From contig NC_079165.1 of assembly GCF_947568905.1 (NCBI RefSeq), positions 103,726,001 through 103,790,000 of the forward strand: a stretch of DNA of 64,000 nucleotides, in the 5' to 3' direction. Of the stretch, positions 37,093 through 49,300 are shown piece by piece. The notes under the pieces were generated by a model. That model was not told where the DNA came from. It saw nothing but the letters and a program-made list of their open reading frames with translations, and did no database searches. Origin of the DNA: Ostrea edulis (Eukaryota). How positions within the stretch are numbered: the stretch's first letter is position 1; every line of letters starts with the position of its first letter. The translations under genes and the position numbers were made by a program.

Positions 37093-37755
37093 CAAAAGAG
37101 AGAAACGAAAGTGCGAATGTTTTTCCTGTCACCTACATGAAGAGACAAGTACATTTCGAGCATCTTAGTATATAGATACACATCCTTATATGGAATATAC
37201 ACATCTGTATATAAAGGATAGATACTTATAATTGTATATAGAGGATTAGACATCTAGTATCTTCGTATATAAAGGATACACATTTAGTATATTCCCCAAG
37301 TTCGACCCTGGGGTTGAATACGAAAAGGTGATCACTCGGACACGTGGGTGTTTTCCTGCTATTTCCGATTCCTTCCCACATTAATTACCCTTTCGTGCCA
37401 ATTTCTAAGCCGACGAGAATGAAAATTAACCTTTAGTACATATGAGAGAAAGATTACGATAGTTTTCTCAAAATATTTATTGTCCCAAAATAGTAACTTT
37501 GATCAGAGATTGATATTGTGTCATTTTGTATCTTCATGCAACAGCGATTCGCGTATAAAATAAATGCCAATGAAAGAAGTCATTCAATCAATGACTTTAT
37601 ATAAAAGGATGTACATTTATGCTTTGGACAACTTAGAGGATATCTCTAAAAATTGTAATGTAAGCCCATTTCCTCATGAATGCGTTGCAGTTGAAAACAA
37701 TGCACGTATTAATACAAATACTGGTATAGTATATATGTCCATTTTAACGGCATCC

Positions 37756-38015
37756 CGTGGGGAGTCGGGTTAGAATAGGTCCTCAGTACCCCTTGCTTGT
37801 CGTAAGAGGCGACTAAATTGGGCGGTCCTTCATATGAGACCGTAAACACCGAGGCTCCGTGTCACAGCAGATGTGGCACGATAAAGATCCCTCCCTGCTC
37901 AAACGCGGAAAGCGCCGAGCATAGGCCTAATTGTGCAGCCCTCCACAGGCATTGGTGGCGTCTCCACATGAGTGAAATATTCTCGTGAGTCCCTCAATAT
38001 TCAATCAATCAATCA
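37756..38015 (+). mobile_element. Short non-autonomous retroposon (SINE-like) with (CAAT)n tail
   Basis: Full-length-looking copy. Matching fragments at 44272-44385 (+), 41948-42122 (-), 31880 (+), 13366-13440 and 18815-18890 (-), and a 5' stub at 4271-4295. Confidence 0.7.
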
Positions 38016-38854
38016 TATTTTAAAGGCTGATAATTCTGACAGAAATGAAAGTAGATTGTAAATATAAAAAATGATATTATTTGCAGTTACAACATATCGC
38101 TAGGTATAGACGTACCTTTCTGTGTTTGAAAGGTGCCTGAAAAATCTCAGGAGTTTGTCTATAGGTGACTTTGTAGTGATCTTTCAGTTTCAGTCATTGA
38201 AAGGCCTAATTTCGTTCTATTCAAATCATATACAAAACATATTGAATATTTACATCGACTTTAGATAGTAGCAAAGCATAGGTCAATTTACCAGATTATT
38301 TATATGTACTTACCAAAATGCGGTGATGAATCTTCCTAACTCGGGATTTAGTGATAATTCAAAGCGGGAGTTTGTAGTGGAGATACTACCAAAAACATCC
38401 ATTTAAGTAATGTTGCATACATCAGATTTAGGGTCATCAAAGTTCATGTGAAACCAACACAGTTGGATCACTGGATAATTCATAATTACATTCACATGTG
38501 ATACTTACATGTAACATATAATTGTGTCTATTTTGCAGTGCGCAACAATCAAGAATACAACACGCAAAATTTATTCATAAACAAATCCATGACATTTTCA
38601 GTTGGTATGAAAATAGATCCTGACATTTAATAAACGGAAATTATATCCATTTTACATTTCAAAATTTATGGCTGTAATTCAAAATTAAATAATTACGCAT
38701 ATGGACATACATGAAGATTATTTTAATGCAAAACATCAATCGGCCGCTAAAATTCTAAGCATTATTTCCAAGAAAACACACAGAAATTATAATGTAACAT
38801 CTCTCATCTAAAAACAGAAACAGAGGAAACAATTCGAAATACTTACTTTATAAA

Positions 38855-40451
38855 AACAAGTCCCATTGGTCACAAGGTTTACAGGAGTGGAGTTTAACCC
38901 CTATTGTTCTTCAGAAGAGTTTAAAAAGATTTTCTCCCATTTTAATTCCCATAAAAAATTGTAACACCATATTGTGGCCCCGCCCTAACTCTACAGGATC
39001 TCTGAATCTACACAACATGGGTATGCTTCAATATCATTATAACAACCCTGGATCTGGCTGTTCTTCGTTATTTTATTTCCTGTATGCATGCATTACGTAA
39101 AATTTGATCCCCGATTTTAACCCAACCCTAACCACAGGGTACGTAATTTGAAAGGAAAAAAATTGAATCCGCAAAACTTAGGAATTTTTGCAAATTCCAT
39201 TGTGGTGCCGAGAAAGTTTTTCCCTGTTTATATTTCTATGTAAATCTCCAATTGTGTCCTCTCTCAAGGCCCCTGCATGAGCATTGATACGAACAATTTG
39301 ATATGTGCTGTCTGGAAATATTTGCATTTTAATATCACCAATAATGGCCCTGTTAATTTTGATTTTTAAAAAAGATTTGTTCCCTATATATTGCATGTAG
39401 AAATTTAATGCCCTAATGTGGGTTCACCCTACCCTGAGGCCATGATTTGAACAATTTAGAATTTACGCTACACATGTCAGAAAGTTTTCATTAGAAAAAC
39501 TCACTTAATTAAGCTTTCAGTTTTGGCAAGCTGAAAACTTGAGTGTGCACTACTTTGGGTGCTTGCACATTAATATCGTCAATCATAACCTGCTGTTCCC
39601 CCGATTGTGGCCCAACCCTACCCTGCGATCCATGATTTGAACACATTAATTGAAATCTGCACTACTTGATCATATGGAGGCGCTTGCATTTTGATACATG
39701 TATAACTAATCATGGCTTTGCTGTTCTCGACAAGAAGACTTTTGAAGATTTCTCGTATATCCTCTTGATAAACTACGATCTCTTATTGACATCCACCCTA
39801 TGCCGAGACAATGACTTCAACATAATTGAATCTGCTCTACCTGATGGGGTGCAAATTATTGACTAATCATACATGTAGCCGTACTATTTTAAAGAAGACG
39901 AATTTCTTTTGTTCCCCTATGTATTCCACGTAAAACTTTGATCCCATGTTGTGACCCCACCCAACCCCAGGGACCAAGATACTACCTAAGGATGCGCACA
40001 TATTACTAGTAATTTAATAAATCATGGCCTTGCTTTTATTAAGAAGATTTTAAAACATTTTTCCTATACATATTCCCTTGCAAATTTTTTCATCCATTAT
40101 TGTTGCCCTACCCTCATCATGATTGGAACAAATTTAAATTTACAGTAAGAGAGGATGTTTTTCAAATGGGTTTCGTGAATTTGGTCCAGTAGTTCTTAAA
40201 AAATTAAATGGTCCCACTATTTTCACTATTTCTGAATTATCTCCCCATAAAAGGAGTGTGGCTTTTCCTTTGAACCAAATTAAATCCCTTTCATCCATAT
40301 ACATGTATGTTTTGGGGAGCTTTGGTTGAAAATTCCTCATTGGTTCTAGAAAAGAAATCGAAATATTAGAAGTTTACGGACAGACAGGTGGACGCCGGAC
40401 AAGATGTTATCAGAGGAGATCACTTGAGGCTTCAGCTCCGGTGTGTTAAAA
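38855..40451. mobile_element. Old Helentron-associated (HINE/pearl-like) element with decayed Cg170-like internal repeats
   Basis: aacaag..cccattggtcac start, recurring gtggccc..ccctacccc..catgatttgaaca units, an ACRG-like tract at ~40378, and a degenerate terminal hairpin. Confidence 0.55.
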
Positions 40452-40626
40452 GAAAGGCGAAGATAACGAACAGTGATCAATCTCATAACTCCTATAAGCA
40501 ATACAAAATAGATAGTTGGGCAAACACGGACCCCTGGACATACCAGAGGTGGGATCAGATGCCTAGGAGGAGTAAACATCCCCTGTCGACCGGTCACACT
40601 TGCGGCGAGCCCCCATCCCGACCAGG
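40452..40626 (-). mobile_element. Isolated 3' terminal module of the Naiad-like PLE
   Basis: Reverse complement of the ~1835-2010 segment. Confidence 0.8.
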
Positions 40627-41059
40627 CATTAATAATATCATTAAACACATTTTTAAAAATCATATATGTTCATGTTTCTGCTCTGCGTTTCATCTAATAA
40701 AAGCTGATCAGTAGACCGAGAATCACGTGACTTGCGTAGCCAATAGAAATAGGGCAGACTATTGTCCGGTCAACAGTTCATAAACTGTTGATAGAACAAT
40801 AGACCACGAATGTGAGAGTTACTTTAACAGATAAAATGCTGGTTCTGTATCGAGTTAGTTTTATATAGGAAAAAAATTACGGTGTATAACAAACATTTTT
40901 ATGACATCTATGGCGTAAGAAATAAAAAAAATCAATATATACACCCAAGGGTGCATAAGCCGAGTTGCATGGGATACATTGTAAAGTCAGGAATGATGTG
41001 ACATATTTATAATTGTGAAGAACTAATTTCAGTTTTAAACTTTTCAAGTTACTGTCCAG

Positions 41060-41520
41060 GAACAATATTTGTCTGAAGTTTTCAATCTATTTTTGGTCCC
41101 CTATGACCTTGACCTTTGACCTTTTTTTTAAATTTTAAATCTATTTTCGGTCACTGTGACCTTGACCTTTGACCCATTTTCTCCAAAATCAATAGGGGTC
41201 TTCCTTACCTGGTACATAACAATATCTTTAAGTATCATTTGATTCAGATTTAAACTTTCTGAGTTATCATCCGGAAACCAAATATTTCTGAAATTTTGAT
41301 TCTATTTTCAGTCACTGTGACCTTGACCTTTGACAATTTTACTCCAAAATCAATAGGGGTCTCCCTTACCTGGTACCCAACAATATATCAAAGTTTCATT
41401 TGATTAGACTGTAAACTTTTCGAGTTATCATCCGGAAACCAATTGTTGACGCCCAACCGCCCGCCCGCCCGCATCACCAAACCAATAGCCGAGTTCAACT
41501 TCGTTGCAACTCGGCTAACA
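41060..41520. mobile_element. HINE/pearl-like element with 161-bp internal repeats
   Basis: gtcactgtgaccttgacctttgac at 41150 and 41311, a (CCGC)n tract at ~41455-41472, and terminal hairpin tagccgagtt..aactcggcta 41486-41517. Confidence 0.7.
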
Positions 41521-43686
41521 AGCATATTCTTGAAATAGACAGGTGGTCAGGTGATCATTGGTAGCCTACTTAGTAACAAGATCCGGGAGTGTAAATGTAA
41601 AGTTCGGATAGGCAATGTTCTTCAATAGCCATCTGGAAATTCGTCTTTTGCCTCTCCTTTAATATGTTGGTAAACTCAATTGCGCAAACTTTCGGGATTG
41701 TCCAAGGTATAATTATAAATTCAGGGGGTTCAATTATAACTTTTAATTGCAGAAAATGTATGCAAGATTGTTTGTAACGATATTATTTATGGTTATGGTT
41801 ATTCATGGTTATTGTATTTGAAATGGGAATGAATGAGTAGTGAGCTGAAAATCTGTCTTTAGTCCTTCTTTAATATACATATAGGTTGAGTAAAGGCTAC
41901 TCCCCATATGGAGAAGGTGGGAATTTCCATAATTTAGAAATGTTTATGTTTGTTTATTTTACGTCCCCTCACTCATATTGAGACGTCACTTGCTGTAGGT
42001 GAAGTACCACAAATTTATACCTATACTTAGCGCTCAGGCCGTAGCAGTAAGGGTTCTTTAGTGTGCCAAGGTATGCCGTGACAATTGACCTCCGTTGGTC
42101 ATATCCGAAAGACACGCGATTCGGTATTCAGAAATGTTAAACGTATATTATGTCAGAACCTTTATCGCTCATTCTTTACTGCCTCTACCTAGAACAAGCG
42201 ACCCCTGACATCGTATAATTCTGGCTGTGTTAGAACACCGCGTTCTTAGAACAAGCGACCCCTGACATCGTATAAGTCTGGCTGTGTTAGAACACGGGGT
42301 TCTTCTGGCTGTATTAGAACACGGGGCTCTAAAGGGTGTCCAGAGTTAAGATCTCAAGGAAATTTATTTATGCAATAACAAACGCGTAATTTCATTTTAT
42401 TGTTTACGCACTTCCGTCATTAGAGATTTGAATGAGATGACTCTGGACAGAAAAAATTATTAAAAATATACAACGGATAGACAGCTGTTATTAGAGGATT
42501 TTGATTATTAAAGAAGAATTACTGGGAGTGAATGGGACCCTGAAACTGGCTGGTAAGCAGTGTAAATAACTTTTAATCGACAAATGTCTCTCAAAGGAAA
42601 GGGGTAGATTGAGTTACAAGCCTTGTTATATATTATGAATCAGTGGGATAAGACATTTTTTAAAACATGGATAAATTAGTGTTCTGTGATAATGACAGGT
42701 GTATTTAAGCTTCCTGGGACATGAAAAAATGTATAAAGAGACACCATAGATCAGAGAGAAATATTTATTCGTGGTTCGAATTTCCTCCATTGTTTACATA
42801 TAGGTTATAGTGCAATATCCTTGACCCAGGCGCCTATGGTATTTTTATAAGTGGATTAATAGCGGGTTCAGAATTTCCGGAAAATCATATATTTTTGGGG
42901 TCGGGGCGAAAATATTGGGTCGGTGGGGTGACTGTAAACACATACACATTTTTTTTTAACTTTTGCCTTGGCGCTAGTACAATAAAGAAATCTGAGACCG
43001 ACCGGTTATTAAAGCCCCGAACACCGCACATTGGTCAATTGTTGAAGAAAATATCATGCTATGCACATTTCCATTTCAAAAGTATCAATATAGCATGAGA
43101 GCATTGCATGTGTTTTAATATCAATGTGAATGTTATATCCAAATTAAAACGTTTGCCTTACATATGATAACCTTATCAGAACAAATCAAAGTATCGTTGG
43201 TTCATTAGAATTGTACAAATGTATTCTTGTATTTCAACTAAAGATATTATTAATGGACCATATACACATGTAGCTCCGTAAAACCTTACAACTGTGAAAT
43301 TAAGGAATCATTCATGTAACAGTATAAGGAGGATCGTATCATGAATTGACAGTTGGCAAAATCATGAAATGATAGAAAAAACAGTTGAAAATGTATCAAT
43401 TGAGACAACGATGAAATTGAGCTTTCTGAAGTGTCAAAAACTCACGTGATGGGATTCTAATTGTTTAATTAATGTACTTTAATGCACAGGAGCTACATAG
43501 TCATACACAAGCAATTTGTGTACAGTTAAATTTCTTTGACTAACATTAATATTAACTACAAATACATGAAGTCCACAAGGACAGTCAAATAAATCCATTA
43601 CAGCTTTAAACACATGCACATGTAATCATCCACGCTATGTCAGTTTCACAAACACAAGAACAAACTATATATGGCATTGCTGTAAT

Positions 43687-46327
43687 TCACTTTGAAATAG
43701 GCGGTATTTTGCTTTTTATTGACAAAGGTAACTTTGGTAGCTTGTCCACGTTAGCTTTAACCGGCGGTAGTTTCACTTTTGTTTTTGATCTGAGGGCTGT
43801 CTTTGGGCGGCGCTTTCGTTTAGCCTCATTGTCACTTTCGTCACTGCTACTAATGCTAGACATGGACGACGCCGATGACAGGCGACGCCTTTTGTGTCCT
43901 TTTGATTTCATACCAGGAAGTTTCCCTCTCTTTATCGCTATTGCTAACCCTGCAATCAAGGCCACCCCAATAATGCCTCCTACTACTGCTCCGGCTATTA
44001 TAGCAACGTTTTTCCAGGGAGTACTGGTTGTTTCTCTCTCTACAATTAAAGAAAGCAAAATCAAAAATCGCACTAAGACTGAAATACACTAAACATACCA
44101 GAAAAGTAAGCGTCTTTTGAAAGTTAAACATTACGTTACACAGTAAATAATGTTAAAGTAAAAATGACACGATAAGAATTACCCCCACCGAAGTACTAAC
44201 ACATGTACAAAAGCCCAAAATCTGATTTTGCCTTTGTAGTTAGTTTGAAGTTTCTACCTTTTAACAAATAATAAGCGCTGAGCATAGGCCTAAATTTTGC
44301 AGTCCTTCGTCGGCAATGGTGATTTCTCCACATGAGTGAAAAATGCTCGAGTGGGATGTTAAACAATATGAAATCAATCAATCAAACAAGTAATATTACC
44401 TGTGGTGATGTAGTACTTAATTCTGAATCCCTTGAACTCGGCATTCGAATCGGTAGTGAAGGCCACTAGTACATAGGCCCCAGTGTACTGAGTGATAGTG
44501 GGTTTCTGCACACCACAGAAAGAACCAAGCACGGGGTATGTTGTGCAGGGACCTGTCAAATATAAAGACGTTTAGCTATACACGAGCAGGGGAGAACTGA
44601 AGAGAATTCAACAATCATTGTATTGAATATGGATAAAGTAAAACATTTTTCAATGGTTATGATGTACAATAAGTCGTTTTATCAGAGACACATTTAATGG
44701 AAACAAGGCGTGTATTGGGAATCCGGTACTGGGGGTACATAATCACCTTTACGTTTTGTGAGTTGATTTTGATTGATCAGCCTCTAAATCTATATGATGG
44801 AATCAAATACTATATTAACCTTTCAAACACGTCTTATACAACGAAACACATTATCGCATACTAGAATCACCCAAGGCCTCCGCCGAGACCAATGGTATGA
44901 TGTGCGAGTATTGATAACCATGTTAAGGGTAGTGTACTCCCAATAACTTTTAATTAACTAACAAAGTATTAAGATCACGTGCATCCCAGGATGACCTTGG
45001 TAAATATATTAGTCGTTTGTCAAGTCCCGAGTAAGTTTTCTGTTCGAAATCCGTGTAAACAATGGAATTCGTTTACAATAGATCGTTTTATTTCAAACCC
45101 TGTCTGGTTATTTTTAGGTCACCTGAATTCATTCAGGTGACCTATTGCTATCTGTTTTTGTCCGTCGTCGTGCGTCGTGCGACGTGCGTCGTGCGTTAAC
45201 ATTTGAACATTTTCAGCTTCTTCTCTGAAACCCCTGAACCAATTTCAACCAATTTTGGCATATAGCATCTGTGGGTAGAGGGGAACAAAAATTGTGAAAT
45301 TTGTGGTCCCTGCCCCCCTGGGGCCAGAGGGGTGGGGCAAAAACCATCAAAATGAGTGTAATTTTAAAAAATCAGGGGTTCTTGTGTTAGGGTGGGACTC
45401 TATTGGTCATATAGTGAAAGTGTAGAAATTCTTTGAAAATCTTCTTCTCTGTCTCTGGGTATTAAGTAGACAAACTAATAGCATGGTAATGATGAGCAAG
45501 GATGCCTCTTTATACCCCCCGCAACAAGTTGTGGGGGGTATACTGGAATCGGGTTGTCCGTCTGTCCGTCCGTCCGTCTGTAGACGCAATGGTTTCCGGG
45601 CTCTAAAGCATTATTCTTTCCACCTACCGCCACCATATCATATACATGGACTACCCATGGGATGAAGATGTTCCCTATCGATTTTGGGGTCAAAAGGTCA
45701 AAGGTCAAGCACACTGGACATCGAAGTAGCAATATGGTTTCCGGGCTCTAAAGTGTTCTCCTTTCCACCCACAGTCACCATATCATACATATGGACTACC
45801 CATGGGATGAAGATGTTCCCTATCGATTTTGGGGTCAAAAGGTCAAAGGTCAAGCGCACTGGACATTGAAGTAGCAATATGGTTTCCGGGCTCTAAAGCG
45901 TTATCCTTTCCACCTACAGTCACCATATCAAACATATGGACTACCCATGGGATGAAGATGTTCCCTATCGATTTTGGGGTCAAAAGGTCAAAGGTCAAGC
46001 GCACTGGACATTGAAGTAGCAATATGGTTTCCGGGCTCTAAAGCGTTATCCTTTCCACCTACAGTCACCATATCATATATATGGACTACCCATGGGATGA
46101 AGATGTTCCCTATCGATTTTGGGGTCATGCGCACTGGACATCGAAGTAACAACACTCAGAAAAGAGGTAGTTTATACCTATTACCAACACCCTTTGGGAG
46201 ATTGGGGTAAGCGGGGGGTATTCTTAGTGAGCATTGCTCACAGTACCTCTTGTTAAAAATTGTGAAATTCATGGCCCCTGGATCAGGGGTTCTGGTGCTA
46301 GGGTGGGGCTCTATAAGTCATAAAGTG

Positions 46328-46361
<34 letters not shown>

Positions 46362-49300
46362 GTCCTTGGGTATTAAGTAGACAAACCAATAGCATGGTTA
46401 TGATGAACAAGGATGCCTCTTTCAAAATTGTGAAATTCATGGCCCCTGGGTCAGGTGTTCTGGTATTAGGGTGGGGCCCTATTGATCATATAGTGAAAAT
46501 GCATTTTATTTCTTTGAAAATCTTCTCCTCTGCTGCTGGGTATTAAGTAGACAAACTAATAGTATGATAATGATGATCAAGGATGCTTCTTTCAAAACTG
46601 AAATTTATGGCCCCTGGGTCAGGGGTTCTGGTGCAAAGGCGGGGCTGACCACATAGCTATTCAATGTTTCTTCCATCCAAAAGTAAAATTCTTATATTTA
46701 AACACAAACCTAATTCAAACATTGGAAGGTTGTTACATGATACTCAGGTGACCTATAAGGCCCCTGGGCCTCTTGTTTGGAGATGTATGCCCTTGCAGGA
46801 ATATGTAATTATGGCCTGTTTTATTTGTAAAACCCACCTTATTTGATTGCAGGCAGCTCTATTCGATATTTCATTATGTGTTGTAGGGGGTCAGATTGCA
46901 TAATAAAACCCATGTGATACATATGTTCTTGTATTTTTGTTTTCGACTTATTCTGATCCCCACTAGGTTATTCTCTTATATAACTTCGTCATTTTCAAAA
47001 TAAATGACTTTTTTTCAATCCACATCACTGTCCTGTTTTCACTGCCTTTATCAAGTAACAAGCAAAGGCTACTTGGCAAGTAATATTATTAACTAAGGAA
47101 CATAAAAAGAATATCACAAATTCAGCTGGTGATATTTCTACGTTGGTGAAAAATAGGACGTAGAATAACAAAAAAACAAATCATTTGTCCGGTTTCGACT
47201 AGTCTCATAACGGTCATCAAACAGGGATCAAACATTTGCGAGATCTGGTTTTGTTAATATTTTACAAAGGAAATATCTATTTGGAATTTGTCTTGTGAAT
47301 GATCACACTGGGTGTCAACCTGATTTTATCGTCAGGAAAAATGGCTGGGAGGCACAGACTTTTTCCAGTTTATCAGCAAAGTTATCTTACTTTCGAAATG
47401 TTTCACGAGACAGTCGATATATCGACGGTTCTTCAATAATGGAAGTCTTTTATAGCTATCTGCGAAGTTATTCGGAATTGAACATTCGGAACTAAAGAAA
47501 CATTCGGAACTAAAGAATCATCCGGACTTGTATATATTACCTCTGTATACTGTTACTTTGTCGTATGAACAGTATGGATCCGCCTCTATTCTTGAATCCT
47601 CTACTTCAAGCCTGATATAGCCAGAACCCGTAGGGTTATGAATCAACCAGTAAGTTGTTATTGAACTGAAAAATCAATAAACAAGTTGTTTTTGTGCCGC
47701 AAAATAAATCCGTACGTAATTTCTAAGCTGGATGCAACCGATAATTGTTAATGGGCTAAATTCAACCAATAAGATGTTATCGATCTTTTAAAAAATTCAA
47801 CCATTAGCTTAACTTATTTTTTAGTTGAAAAAGCAACAATCCAATAAATTGCAATTGAACTGAAAATTCAACCAATGAATCATTGCTGAACAGAAAAATC
47901 AACCAAAAAGTTGTCAATGAGCTTGAAAAAATTCAAACGGAATATCGGAACTATAAAATTTAGGAACTCTTCAGGAAAAGAAGTTACAAACACAATGCAT
48001 CACTTTATGGTTTGAGAATTCATCCCTGATACAAAAAATATCTGCCTAATTCAATAATCATTTTTCGAGTGTTGTAAGCGAGTACCGGGGTATCAAAAAC
48101 ATGAGTTATTAGATTAAATGTGTGATGTTTTGTAGGGGAAGACAACATACACACGCATTCATAGTACCGGGTATTTCGTCTACAGTGGATATTTACTCAG
48201 TTTGTTTTATTTTCTCGAGTCATTATAGCAGCAGACTATTATGCAACGATAACATAATAATCACATTTATGCATCAATCTCCTGAGATTCGGCTAGTCTG
48301 GATATTTGGACTGACGGCTTCACCGAATCTCGGAACAATCTTTTATAATTCATGTCTGGAAATTTACATTCAACTCCGGCCAGTTCTAGCAATTAATGTG
48401 CAACTAGGTGACACTGCTGTTCGCTTCAAATAAGTTAATTAACTATTAAACTATGTATCAATATTTATGCAACATGGTACATGTACAGTTTATAAATTCC
48501 ATAATAAAAACCATCACTAAATTTTCCGTTCAAATCACAGGCAATTGCATCGCTTGGGGTCGAATTTACTATTAAAGAGTAAATTCGACCCCAAGCGATG
48601 CAATTGCCTGTGGTTCAAATGCTGCCTTCTATGGCGCAATATTTTATATCCTGAAATTGAAGAGTTGCTATAGTCTGTTTTACTAAATTACTGATATATA
48701 AGCATCTCCACATACCTACTGTATATCGCTAATTTCCATTATTTTGGGGTTTGGACAGAACAACTTTTTGCTTGTCAAGAATTTTCAGACATTTTTTCTC
48801 CGTCTGCCCCATCCAATCCCATTTTCAAAAACAATGCTTCAGCTGTTTGTGCCTGAATTCACTATCCTCGTATCTGGTAGTTACTTATTGAAAAGTTACC
48901 CAAGCTAACGCAGAAAATGAGATCCTGTTGGGCATACTAAACATTAAAACCATAACGGAATCGTAGACAAAATATTGGTTCCAATATTCCATATTCAAAT
49001 TGTATATTTTTGCAAGAACATTAAACGCTGATGCATACATAATACACACGATGCAGTTTCCGGTTTCAAAAGCAATAGCTGTTTACCTGTTGTACTTGTC
49101 CGGATAATTTGGTGATTCTAGGTACTCTGCGGTAGTGTTGGCAACTAGATTAGTGACTCCCGCTGGGGGTATACAGGCAGGTGACGCTAAACAGAAATAA
49201 GATTTTTTTATTATAAAAAGATTAAGAAATAGTTAAAATGCCCGGATATTTGTAACAATCTTAAAACTGAACGAAGGTGTAAGCACGGGAAATTGAATTT

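Noticed and set aside
42191-42322. 57-bp local direct duplication (similar 38-bp one at 56635-56715)
   Set aside because: Only two copies; ordinary slippage duplications.
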